Part shown: in pieces, positions 27,586-36,466 of the stretch
Layout of the letters: each line of letters starts with the position of its first letter
Position numbering within the stretch: the stretch's first letter is position 1
Program-made: the position numbers and the translations under genes
The notes under the pieces: model-generated
What the model was told of the DNA's origin: nothing
The model's input: the letters and a program-made list of their open reading frames with translations, nothing else
Database searches by the model: none
DNA from: Chloroflexota bacterium
Lineage (GTDB): Bacteria; Chloroflexota; UBA11872
NCBI GenBank assembly: GCA_034421255.1
Contig: DAOUKN010000314.1
Span: 1 to 37,477, forward strand
Reading direction: 5' to 3'
DNA length: 37,477 nucleotides

Positions 27586-28098
27586 TCAGGCGGCCATGAG
27601 GCCGCGGTCCTTGAGGCTGACCGTCTGGGCGCCGCCGATGACCACGTGATCGAGTAGCTCGACGTCCAGCAGCTGGGCCGCCTGCGCCAGTTTCCTGGTG
27701 AGGGCGACGTCCTCCGGGCTGGGCGTCGGATCGGTGCTGGGATGGTTGTGGCAGATGATGATCTTCGGCACGGCCTCCACCACGGCCGGCCGCAGGACCT
27801 CCGCCGCACGGACCTGGCACGACGAGATGGTGCCCTGGTAGATCACCCGTTGGCCGACCACGTGGTTCTTGGTGCTCAGCAAAAGGACGCGCACCTGCTC
27901 TTGAGCCAGGGGCGCCATCTCCGGCGCCAGCAGCCGCCCCACGTCCTCGGGACAGGTGATGACGGGACGATCGTCATCGGGCCGCTCCGGCTGCGTCTCG
28001 ATCTCGTAGCGCACGGCCAGTTCGCCCAGCAGGGACAGGTTGCTGCGCAGGGCATGCAGCAACGCGTCGTCCTGCGCGGGTCGCTTCGTCTGGGTCAC
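27586..28098 (-). CDS. radC: RadC-like JAB/MPN domain protein
   Basis: 170 aa. JAMM motif IICHNHPSTDPTPSPEDVALTRKL. GTG start with AAGGAGA RBS. Confidence 0.9.
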   Translation of the reverse strand: MTQTKRPAQDDALLHALRSNLSLLGELAVRYEIETQPERPDDDRPVITCPEDVGRLLAPEMAPLAQEQVRVLLLSTKNHVVGQRVIYQGTISSCQVRAAEVLRPAVVEAVPKIIICHNHPSTDPTPSPEDVALTRKLAQAAQLLDVELLDHVVIGGAQTVSLKDRGLMAA

Positions 28099-28212
28099 GT
28101 CAATCTCCTTCGCTGTGGGGTGGAAACACGAGCGGGGCCGCCCCCTGGGATGGGAGCGGCCCCGTGGTGCGCCCGCCGGTCGGGCGACGAGCGGTGGGTG
28201 GGTCCTGACCGC

Positions 28213-28581
28213 TTAGAAGGGCAGGTCGTCGCCGTCAGTCGGCGCCGGCGTGCCGCTGCCGCGGGCGTCCAGGAAGATGACGTCCTGGGCGTGGACCTCG
28301 GTGCGCTGCCGGCGCTGGCCGTCGTCGGCCTCCCAGGCGTGCTGGACGAGGCGCCCCGCCACGTAGATGCGGGCGCCTTTCCCGATGTACCGGGCGACCG
28401 CTTCCGCCTGCTTGCCCCAGACGACGATCTGGTGCCAGTCGGCCGTCGTCTCGCCGTTCTGGCGACGGCGGTCGGTGGCCAGCCGCAGCTGGACGACGGC
28501 GGTCCCGCTCTGGGTGTGGCGCATCTCCGGGTCAGCGCCGACCCGGCCCAGCAGCTCGACGCGGTTGATGGTCTTCGACAT
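28213..28581 (-). CDS. ssb: Single-stranded DNA-binding protein
   Basis: 122 aa. OB-fold N-terminus INRVELLGRVGADPEMRHTQSGTAVVQLRLAT, WHQIVVWGKQAE, and an acidic C-terminal tip DGDDLPF. Confidence 0.92.
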   Translation of the reverse strand: MSKTINRVELLGRVGADPEMRHTQSGTAVVQLRLATDRRRQNGETTADWHQIVVWGKQAEAVARYIGKGARIYVAGRLVQHAWEADDGQRRQRTEVHAQDVIFLDARGSGTPAPTDGDDLPF

Positions 28582-28695
28582 TGCGCTCCTCCTTGGGAGT
28601 GCTGGCGCGCGGTCCTGCCGCGCTCGATGGTGAAACCAGCGGGGCCGCCCCGTTCCTCGGGTGCGGCCCCGGGTTGCGCTCCGTGACGGGAGCGT

Positions 28696-29847
28696 CTAGT
28701 TGACCCGAACGAACTCCGACGCGCGCTCGGTGACGATCTCGGCGCGGGTCGCCGGATCGAGGAGCGCGTTGAGCTTGCGGTGGTCCACCGCGTAGCGTTT
28801 CGCCTGCACCAAGCTGACCGTGTGGCCGGCGATGGTCGTCTTGGCCGCCCCCTGCCGACGCATCCAGGCCTTGAGGGTGTCGAGCGCCGCACGCTTGTCA
28901 CGCTCAGGGTCCTTCAGGGCGTCCCGGGCCGCCGCGTACGCCGCCACCGCCGCCTGGGCCTCCGCGGCGCTCACCGCCGCGTCGTCACCCTCGGGCACGG
29001 CGTCCGCCGCGGTCTCGTCCCCCGCGCCCGGCAGGCACCCGGCCAGGAAGGGGCAACTCCGACACTGCCAACTCCCGGCGGCGAAGTCCCGCGCCGGCAG
29101 CGCGTCGGGATCGGTCCCGTGCACCGCGTAGTGCGCGCCCAGCGGATTCAGCCAGGCGCACGCCCGCTCAAGGGCCTGCGCCACCCGACGGGCCGGGATC
29201 ACCTCGTAATCCCAGATGCGGCTGGCCGTGTCCATGGTGGCGATCACGGCGTCGCGCACGCGGCCGAAGGTCCCGAGGGTGTAGACCGCGGCCTGCGCCA
29301 CCGCCGTCGGGTGGCTGCGCTCCGCACCCAGGGTGCGCCAGCGCTTGAAGGCCTCCGGCCCCCGGGTCTTGACCTCCACGATCATCTCGTCGCCGAGCGC
29401 CGGAGGGTCGTCCTCGAACAGGAACATCGACGCCGGGGTCCCGGTCACGGGCCCCGTGGCGTCCTGCGACCGAGGTCTCCGGCCCGTGGCGTCCGGGTGA
29501 CCGGTCACCACGAGGTGCGGGTCGATCCGGATCGACGCCGGCTGGGGATCGGACGGGTCGGCGGGGGTGACCGTCCAGCCGGCCCGCGCCATCGCGCGCA
29601 GCACCACCGGCTCCAGGGCGTTCCCGGTCTCCATGACCGTCAGCGCCGCGTCAGTCGGCGGGTTGGTCGGCTGATAGCCGGTCGCCGCATACCAGAGCGC
29701 GCGACGGCAGGCGCCGACCGCCGACGCTCGGACTTCCAGCGTCCCGTCCGCGTCGACGCGAGCCGCGGGTCGGGCATAGACGTCCGCTCGCGCGTCAGCG
29801 TCAGGTACCGACCCCGTGGTCGCCACGGGGGACGTGTGCATCGTCAT
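28696..29847 (-). CDS. Cas4/RecB-like PD-(D/E)xK exonuclease with 4-Cys cluster
   Basis: 383 aa with an AGGAGG RBS. N-terminal Cys in GACRRALWY, IVEVKTRG (E-x-K), and C-x2-C-x5-C in CRSCPFLAGC, the Cas4/AddB Fe-S cluster pattern. An extra C-terminal region of about 100 aa follows. Confidence 0.7.
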   Translation of the reverse strand: MTMHTSPVATTGSVPDADARADVYARPAARVDADGTLEVRASAVGACRRALWYAATGYQPTNPPTDAALTVMETGNALEPVVLRAMARAGWTVTPADPSDPQPASIRIDPHLVVTGHPDATGRRPRSQDATGPVTGTPASMFLFEDDPPALGDEMIVEVKTRGPEAFKRWRTLGAERSHPTAVAQAAVYTLGTFGRVRDAVIATMDTASRIWDYEVIPARRVAQALERACAWLNPLGAHYAVHGTDPDALPARDFAAGSWQCRSCPFLAGCLPGAGDETAADAVPEGDDAAVSAAEAQAAVAAYAAARDALKDPERDKRAALDTLKAWMRRQGAAKTTIAGHTVSLVQAKRYAVDHRKLNALLDPATRAEIVTERASEFVRVN

Positions 29848-29871
29848 ATCGTGTCCTCCTATACATAGAAC

Positions 29872-29901
29872 GCGGGGCCGACTCCGACGAGTCGGCCCCG
29901 C
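29872..29901 (-). terminator. 13-bp perfect hairpin between the Rad52-like and nuclease genes
   Basis: GCGGGGCCGACTC-CGAC-GAGTCGGCCCCGC. Shares the CGGGGCCG stem core with the hairpins at 28133-28164 and 28640-28671. Confidence 0.4.
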
Positions 29902-29932
29902 ACTGATGTCGGGTGCGCCGGACGGCCTGGGC

Positions 29933-30775
29933 TCAGGCCGCCGGCGCGAGCCGCGTCTGCTGGAGCTTCCGATCCGCGGCCTCCACGAGCGTCGTCAACT
30001 CCGACGCCGGCAGGTCGTCGAGGTCCCGGCCCGTCCGGCGCTGCACGGCGGCGCGCACCTGGGCCTCATCGAAGCCCTGCGCGACGCCGAGCTCGACCAG
30101 CCGCGCGCGCAGGGTCCGCGTTGCGGACTCGTCGCGGCGGTTGACCGGGGCAGGGCCCGCCGGCCCGACGTCTCGCGCGCGGACAGCCGCCGGGCGCGGC
30201 GAGCCGATCGCCGACGGCGTGGGTTGTCCCGCGCCGGTCGCCGACGCGCCGTAGAGGCCGTTGCCAAAACGGTCGCCGAAGCTGCGGAGGGCGCGCTTGA
30301 GGCCGTCGGTGACGGCGCCCTTGCAGGCGGTCTCATGCCCGTCGACGGTCTCGTCGGCCACCGCGTGGAAGCCGACGTCGGTGCGCGGCGGCGCGCCGGG
30401 GACGGCGACTCGCACGGGGGCGCTGTACGCGTGGGTGCGCGTTACCTCGCCGGTCGAGGGATCGACGAGCTCGATCTGCCGCAGGGTCACGTCGCCCGCC
30501 ACCTCGTAGCCCCAGCCGCCGTGGCCGAAGATGCGGTTGGCTTGGTCGATGACCACGTGGCCCTCGAGGTAGTCGTAGGTCCGGCCGGCGCGACCCTTGC
30601 GCTGCGAGACCAGGCTGGGGTCCAGCGGCTGTTCCAGCGCCGTGATGACGGCTGGGGGCAGGCTGTCCCAGAACAGATCGTGGCCCGTGTCGGACCCGGG
30701 GCCACGGTCGGTGTCGATCGCGGCGTCCGTCTGGACGCTGGTGGTGGTTCCGTTCGTGTGGATGCCATGTGACAT
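29933..30775 (-). CDS. Rad52/Rad22-family single-strand annealing protein
   Basis: 280 aa. Contains YDYLEGHVVIDQANRIFGHGGWGYEV and ACKGAVTDGLKRALRSFGDRFGNGLY, which are hallmark Rad52-family blocks. AAGGAG RBS. Confidence 0.85.
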   Translation of the reverse strand: MSHGIHTNGTTTSVQTDAAIDTDRGPGSDTGHDLFWDSLPPAVITALEQPLDPSLVSQRKGRAGRTYDYLEGHVVIDQANRIFGHGGWGYEVAGDVTLRQIELVDPSTGEVTRTHAYSAPVRVAVPGAPPRTDVGFHAVADETVDGHETACKGAVTDGLKRALRSFGDRFGNGLYGASATGAGQPTPSAIGSPRPAAVRARDVGPAGPAPVNRRDESATRTLRARLVELGVAQGFDEAQVRAAVQRRTGRDLDDLPASELTTLVEAADRKLQQTRLAPAA

Positions 30776-31018
30776 GGCAGGTCTCCTTTGTGCGGGGTGC
30801 CACGGCGTGTGGTGGCGTTATCGGTGCGGGCGTCCGCTGGGACGCCCGTGCGCGGGGCACGCTCCGTATCGCGTACGGGGCAGGCTCCGTCGGGCTGTGG
30901 GCATAGGCCCTCCTTGCGTGGTGGGTGGGAGCAACGAATGGGGCGGGGTGGAGTCCCGCCAGCAGAAATCGGGGGCGAAGCCGCGCCGCGGGCGGCGTGC
31001 GCCTGGAGTGGTGGCGCG

Positions 31019-32071
31019 CTACCTGGCGGCGTGCGCCGCCCGCCCGAGCTGATGGAGGAAGGCGGCGCGACCACGGGGACGGGCCGCCAGCTCGGCCACG
31101 TCGCCGACGCCCGTGGGCAGGGTCACCACGGCCGCCCGGCGCCCCAGCAGGTCCCCAAGCTGCGCGGCCGCCGCCCGGCCCGCGGCGTCCGCGTCGAAGG
31201 CCAGGAAGACCCTGGGGCAGCCGCGCAGGGCAGCGGCAATCCGTGCCATGCCCTGCGTGCCCAGGGCGGCGCCGGCGGGCAGGCCCCACTGCGCCAGCGC
31301 CAGCCAGTCGAAGAGACCCTCGGCGAGCACCAGCCAAGGCGGCGCGGGGCCGCACCGCCCACGCCCAAGCACCGGCTTGGGGCCGGGCAGCGCCTGGAAC
31401 CGGGGCGACCGGTCAGGGTCGACCGCTCGCCCCGCGAGCCAGCGGACGCGTCGGCCGGCGACCTCGGGGACGACCACCATCCCGGCGAACCGCTCCGCGC
31501 CTCGGGCGGTGAACAGCCCGGACGCCCTGAGCCGCCGCTCCGAGCATCCCACCGCCGCCAAGGCTTGCCGTAGCCCGTGGCCCGGCGCATAGCCGAGACC
31601 CAGGCGGACGGCGGCATCACGACCGACGCCCCGGGCGGCCAGGTACGCCTGGGCCTCCGAATGACGCCGCAGCTGACCGGCGTAGAACCGCGCCGCCGCC
31701 GTCAGCAGCGCCACGTCGCGGGGCGGTGACGCGGCGGACGTGGGCGGCGGCGCGTGGGCCGGACGAGCGACGGTCCCGGCCGCGGGCCGGTGGCCCCCGT
31801 CCAGCCACCGGATCGCGTCGGGCAGGGTCAGCCCCTCGACCCGCTGGATGAAGTCCAGCACGTCGCCGCCCGCCCCACAGCCGAAGCAGCACCAGCGGTC
31901 CGAGTCGGCGTACACCGTGAAGCTGCCCTGAGTCTCGGCGTGGAAGGGGCAGACGCCCTGGCGGACGCGGCCTCGGCCGCGCAGCCGCACGCCCGACGCC
32001 TCCACCACGTCGCCCAGGGGGTGGCGGCGCTTGAGCGCCGGGATGTCCACCGGCGCGCTGGCCCCGATCAC
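31019..32071 (-). CDS. DNA primase-like protein (CHC2 zinc finger + Toprim)
   Basis: GTG at 32071 overlaps the upstream stop (GTGA). The ORF-track 32272 start is an artefact. CHC2 finger CPFHAETQGSF...CCFGCGAGGDVLDF. Toprim VLAEGLFDWLAL ... VFLAFDADAAGRAA. Confidence 0.8.
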   Translation of the reverse strand: MIGASAPVDIPALKRRHPLGDVVEASGVRLRGRGRVRQGVCPFHAETQGSFTVYADSDRWCCFGCGAGGDVLDFIQRVEGLTLPDAIRWLDGGHRPAAGTVARPAHAPPPTSAASPPRDVALLTAAARFYAGQLRRHSEAQAYLAARGVGRDAAVRLGLGYAPGHGLRQALAAVGCSERRLRASGLFTARGAERFAGMVVVPEVAGRRVRWLAGRAVDPDRSPRFQALPGPKPVLGRGRCGPAPPWLVLAEGLFDWLALAQWGLPAGAALGTQGMARIAAALRGCPRVFLAFDADAAGRAAAAQLGDLLGRRAAVVTLPTGVGDVAELAARPRGRAAFLHQLGRAAHAAR

Positions 32072-32523
32072 GGCGCGCCGCTCCGCAACGGCTTCAGACC
32101 CCGCAGGCTGCGCCGCGAGACGACCTTGCCAAGCGGCCAGCGCATCCCCAGCACGGCCACCACCTGCAGGGCGCCGTCCGTCCTGGGCGCGAGCGCCGCG
32201 GCCCGGCCCGTGCCGGGGCGGTAGAGCCACGCCGGGTGCTCGCCAACGCGCCGCCGGGCCACGTCCAGCCACTCGGCGTAGGCCCAGCGCGCGTCCGGCG
32301 TCGCCGCCCGCGCCAGGTCCATCCCGGCGAGGATGGACAGGGCCTCGTCCAGGTCGCCCGCCTGCCGCCGCCGTCGGGCGTCGTGGATGGCGCCGGCCAC
32401 GCGCTGGGCCGGGGCCTGAGCCGTGACCGTGCCCGTGACCGCCATCCCCCGATTCGCCTGCCGGTCCGGGCGAAGCCGAGGGTCTGCCATCGGTGGTCGA
32501 TGGCTTGCTACTGCCGTCGTCAT
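32068..32523 (-). CDS. Hypothetical protein (151 aa)
   Basis: ATG at 32523 preceded by GAGGAGG and translationally coupled to the primase. The ORF-track start at 32922 is an Arg/Pro-rich extension. No family assigned. Confidence 0.55.
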   Translation of the reverse strand: MTTAVASHRPPMADPRLRPDRQANRGMAVTGTVTAQAPAQRVAGAIHDARRRRQAGDLDEALSILAGMDLARAATPDARWAYAEWLDVARRRVGEHPAWLYRPGTGRAAALAPRTDGALQVVAVLGMRWPLGKVVSRRSLRGLKPLRSGAP

Positions 32524-33186
32524 TGGATCCTCCTCACTGGTGGGCGCGTGTCGCCCGTTTCTCGTCTGAACTCGTTGCTGCATGAGCCGGTGCACCTCCG
32601 TGGGTGTCGCCCCGCGCGGCATCCGGGACGCGGGGCATGGGTGATGGATGGGTTGACGCGGGACGCACGCCGCCTCCGGTCGGATGCGGGACGCAGGACG
32701 CGGCGTGGGAGCAGACGCCGACGCACCTCGGCCGGGGTCTAGGGCAGGAGCGGCTGGCCCGGCGGAGCTACGGGAATGTGGGGCGGCCGGCCGACTCCGA
32801 CGTTGGCGGTCGGCGCGCGGGGAAGCTGCGGCCCGTCGATGCGAAGCCGCGCCGCAGGCGTGGGACGACGGTCCGCGCGCATGGCGCACGCCGACCACGG
32901 TGGTCAAGCGGTCGCCGTGCACACGCCGACCGCTGTGGCGTATCCCTCGTGGGCGACCGGGCGGAGAGCGAGGCTCGATCCGCCGCGGTCAGTCCCGGGC
33001 GCAGGGACAGGACCCCCAGGTTTCTAAGGCCGGAAACGCTGGAAAAACCTGACACTGCCCTCAGTATGGCGGGCCGCGGGGGTGGTTGGAAGGGGTTGGG
33101 CGGCTCCCACCCCCAAATGCTTGCTCCGCTGCAGCGCCACTGGCGCGGACCCAGCTCCGCCCCCCCGCCAACCCGCCGTCGGCGAC

Positions 33187-33972
33187 CTACCGCCACCACA
33201 GGCCCAGGGTGAGGACCCGGCGCACCCAGCGCAGCAGCTCGCGCCGAACCCGCTCCGTCTGGAGGTCCGCCAACGCCCGTCGACGCCAGCGCAGATAGCC
33301 CTCCCGCTGGGACGGGTGCAGCGGATCCGTGTCCGGCGGCAGGGTCAGTTCGTACTCCTCGATCAGGGCGATCTCCAACGCCATGATCCGCTCGCGGGTC
33401 TTCACCTGGTCGAGCTTCGTGCCGTCCCCGCGCTGCCGGGTCAGCCGCCGCCACTCCGCCACCGCCGGCATCCCCGGACCGTAGGACGCTTCTTCGCCCG
33501 GGTGAGGGTCTGCGGTGACCACGCCGACACGGCTCGGGTCGTCGACCGCCCATCGCCGCTTATGCTCCGGGGTCTCGGGGCCGGTGGCCGGCACCGTTCC
33601 CTGCCCCCGCTCCAGCCGCGCCACCCGCCGGGTCAGCGCCTCCACCGCCCGCCGCTCACCCCCGCCGTCATCGGGACCGCGCCGCTCGCACTCCACCGCC
33701 GTCAGCCGCGCATCCAGCTCCGCAATCCGCTGTGCCACGGCCTGCCCCTCGGCCCGCTGCTGGGCCGTTGTCGCCTCACCCTCGGCCAGCCGCCGCCGCT
33801 CCAGGGCGTCGCGCATGCGCCGCGACCGCTGGCCCGACTCGATGGCCCTGACCAGGGTGCGGTAGTTGACGCCCAGCGCGTGCGCCGCCTTGAGCCGGCC
33901 CTCGGCCCGCACCAGGTCGCCGAGTAGTTCCAGGAGCTGCGAGTCCGTCTCGGTCGGGGGCTGGCCACTCAT
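33187..33972 (-). CDS. Helix-turn-helix / coiled-coil protein, possible element regulator
   Basis: ATG at 33972 (MSGQPPTE...). HTH-like AAHALGVNYRTLVRAIESG is followed by charged helical repeats. Confidence 0.55.
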   Translation of the reverse strand: MSGQPPTETDSQLLELLGDLVRAEGRLKAAHALGVNYRTLVRAIESGQRSRRMRDALERRRLAEGEATTAQQRAEGQAVAQRIAELDARLTAVECERRGPDDGGGERRAVEALTRRVARLERGQGTVPATGPETPEHKRRWAVDDPSRVGVVTADPHPGEEASYGPGMPAVAEWRRLTRQRGDGTKLDQVKTRERIMALEIALIEEYELTLPPDTDPLHPSQREGYLRWRRRALADLQTERVRRELLRWVRRVLTLGLWWR

Positions 33973-34231
33973 CCCACTGTCCGTCGTCCGCCCCGCTGGC
34001 TCGCGTTGGCACCTGGCCAGAGCCACGCCCGCCGGCTGACGCCACCTGCACTTGTGCAATATCCGCTGCAACCGAGCCTTATGCCGCCGTACTTGCCGGC
34101 ATGCAGCCCGCCGCTCGCATTGCGCCCGGGTACACCTGGGCCACGACCCACGTGCATTTCTGCAACGTTCCTCGTTTCTCTGTACACCCCCATGACATCA
34201 CGCGGCGTCCGCACACGTGCAGACCCTGGGA

Positions 34232-34255
34232 GGGGGGCCTGCGCGCAGGCCCCCC
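34232..34255. promoter_or_regulatory. Perfect 24-bp palindrome GGGGGGCCTGCG/CGCAGGCCCCCC
   Basis: Lies in the divergent intergenic region between the HTH gene (minus strand, start 33972) and the T4SS-side genes (plus strand, from 34338). Confidence 0.5.
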
Positions 34256-34337
34256 TCACAAGCCATTACGTCGAGCCGCGCGGCTCTTCAGACTCGATGG
34301 CAGCAACTGACGACTCCATCACCGCAAAGGCAGCGCG

Positions 34338-34976
34338 TTGGCACGGCAATCGACCCGCAGGCTCAGGAGCGCCCGCCCCGTCCTCGATACCGGGGCCAAG
34401 CGGCTGATAGCGCCGCTGGCCACGGCGCTGCTGGTGGCGGCGCTGCTGGCGATCCCGTCGAGCACCCCCGCCCTGGCCCAGGACCCGCCCGGTGCGGGCC
34501 TGACCCTCGTCAACGAGCACCGGGATCCCATCGAACGCAAGGACGACGGACGTTTCATTGCGCGGCCCCTCTTCAGCCAAGCGGTCGACGTTCTTCACTA
34601 CGGCGTGCGCCACCCCGACAGCGGCAACTGGATCACGAGCGTGTATCAGGTGCATGGCGGAGCCACGCGGCGGGCCGACGGCTGGGAGTACAGCTTCGAG
34701 TACCCCGTGCTGGACGAGCAGCCCGCGCTTGACCCCGAGCAGACCTATCTCCTGATCCTGCTGGTGGACGACGGCGGCGGAACGCCTCACGCCTTCCACG
34801 CCGTGATCCCGGTGTATCAGCCCACCGGCCTGTGGGACCAAGTGCTGGGCGCCCTGGACCCGGAGCGCTGGGCCAGGGCCTTTGCCCACTGGGTCATCGA
34901 GGGGGTCCACGGGACCCTCTGCGGCGTGGTGGAGCGCGCCAGCGGCGCGGACGCCGCCACCTGCGAAGCGGAATGA
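34338..34976 (+). CDS. Hypothetical exported protein
   Basis: 212 aa. TTG start is uncertain. Signal-like LIAPLATALLVAALLAIPSSTPALAQDP. Confidence 0.55.
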   Translation: MARQSTRRLRSARPVLDTGAKRLIAPLATALLVAALLAIPSSTPALAQDPPGAGLTLVNEHRDPIERKDDGRFIARPLFSQAVDVLHYGVRHPDSGNWITSVYQVHGGATRRADGWEYSFEYPVLDEQPALDPEQTYLLILLVDDGGGTPHAFHAVIPVYQPTGLWDQVLGALDPERWARAFAHWVIEGVHGTLCGVVERASGADAATCEAE

Positions 34977-34983
34977 CGACGGC

Positions 34984-35964
34984 ATGAGCGACGTTTTCAC
35001 CGGCACGCCCGCCGAACTCACCTACGACCACGCATTGGTCCGGCAGGCGTGGACGGTCGTCTGGGCCATTGCCTCCGGCGCGTTGGTCGTCATCCTGGGC
35101 TGGCTGGGGCTGAGCCTCATCATGAGCGAGCACTTGGGCCAGCCGCAGACGGGCTGGCGGGACCTGGGGCCCCGGCTGGTCCTGGGGCTGGTGGCCGCCG
35201 CCACGTCGCTGTGGTGGTGCGCGTTGGTCATCGACGTGGCCCACGCCGTCGCCGGCTTCATCGCCGCGTCGCTCGACGTCACCGCCGGCGACCTGCTCCG
35301 AGCCTCGGCCGAGACGTTGCTCACCGCCGTCGCGGCCGGGAGCGTGGGCCTCGCCGTCCTCTTGGCGCTGCTCTATCTGATCTACGGCTTGTTCGTCCTC
35401 TACGTGGTGGTGCAGATGCTCCTGCGGCTGGCCCTCATCGACCTCCTCCTGGCGCTGGCGCCCATCACGTGGGGGTTGTGGATCCTGCCGCACACGGCGG
35501 GCTGGGGGCGGCACTGGCTGCGCACCTTCATGACGACCGTGTTCCAGCAGGCGGTGCAGCTGATCGCCCTGGCGTTGGGCTTCGGGTTCCTGCAGGAGTT
35601 TGCGGGCATCGCCGCCTTCGAGCCGGTGCAGGACCTCATCTGGAAGCTGCTGCTGTCGCTGGCCTTCGTGTACCTGGCGACGCGCGTGCCGACGCTGCTG
35701 GGCAACGCGGGGACCTTCGACGCCTGGCTGCGCACCCTCCACTTCGGGATGTCCCTGCCCGGGAACATCGTCCGCTCCGCCCGGGCCGTCGGGATGCTGG
35801 CCGGTGGAACCGCCGGCGGCCCGGCTGGGACGGCGGCGGGCGCGGCGCTGGCGGGATCGAGCCTGGGATCAGGCGCGGTCGGCGGCGTCCGCTCGGCGGC
35901 GGAGACAACCACCTCGTCGGGCCGTGGCGGGAGCGGCGGAGCGCCCCGAAGCGCCCATGAGTAA
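34984..35964 (+). CDS. TrbL/VirB6-like polytopic T4SS membrane protein
   Basis: ATG at 34984 (the ORF track gives 34882). About six predicted TM helices followed by a Gly/Ala/Ser-rich tail (GGTAGGPAGTAAGAALAGSSLGSGAVGG), as in TrbL/VirB6 proteins. Confidence 0.6.
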   Translation: MSDVFTGTPAELTYDHALVRQAWTVVWAIASGALVVILGWLGLSLIMSEHLGQPQTGWRDLGPRLVLGLVAAATSLWWCALVIDVAHAVAGFIAASLDVTAGDLLRASAETLLTAVAAGSVGLAVLLALLYLIYGLFVLYVVVQMLLRLALIDLLLALAPITWGLWILPHTAGWGRHWLRTFMTTVFQQAVQLIALALGFGFLQEFAGIAAFEPVQDLIWKLLLSLAFVYLATRVPTLLGNAGTFDAWLRTLHFGMSLPGNIVRSARAVGMLAGGTAGGPAGTAAGAALAGSSLGSGAVGGVRSAAETTTSSGRGGSGGAPRSAHE

Positions 35965-36130
35965 CCACCCACGACGCCCGACGGCGGGCGATCGCGTCCA
36001 CCTCCCACCCGGGGAAGGAGGCGCGATGGGCCAGTAGCGCGGCGGCACGCGAAGCGAGCACGCGAAGCGAGCACGCGACGGACGGAACGGCGAGTGAGGA
36101 AACACTCGGCAACGAACAGGAGACACACGC

Positions 36131-36424
36131 ATGGCACAACTGACCCAGACCATCTCGAACCTCGTCGGCATCCTGCTGGGCGTCGTCGGCGCGGTAGGCG
36201 TCGGCTTCTTCGTCTACGGGGCCTATCTGTATCTGACGGCCTCGGGCGCGCCCCACCAAATGGAGCGCGGCAAGAGCGCCATGTTGACCGCCGTCGCGGG
36301 CATCGTGCTGGCGATGGTGGCCTACGGCATCGTCGGGTTGGTGATGAACGCCGTCGTGAGCCCGACGGTGACGCCCAGCCTGCCCGTCCCCACCACCCCC
36401 GCGCCCTCCACCAACGGCGGCTAG
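36131..36424 (+). CDS. VirB2/TrbC-like pilin-type small membrane protein
   Basis: 97 aa. Two hydrophobic helices flank a short polar loop (ASGAPHQMERGKSA), followed by a Pro/Thr tail. Position is directly after the VirB6-like gene. Confidence 0.5.
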   Translation: MAQLTQTISNLVGILLGVVGAVGVGFFVYGAYLYLTASGAPHQMERGKSAMLTAVAGIVLAMVAYGIVGLVMNAVVSPTVTPSLPVPTTPAPSTNGG

Positions 36425-36466
36425 GCGGCGGTGGGGCAGAAGGAAAACAAACCGGAGCAAACAGCG

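Noticed and set aside
30818-30904. 28-aa minus-strand micro-ORF (MPTARRSLPRTRYGACPAHGRPSGRPHR) with a strong AAGGAGG site, between the primase and Rad52-like genes.
   Set aside because: It is too short and Arg-rich to support from sequence alone. It could be a leader peptide, but there is no corroborating evidence.
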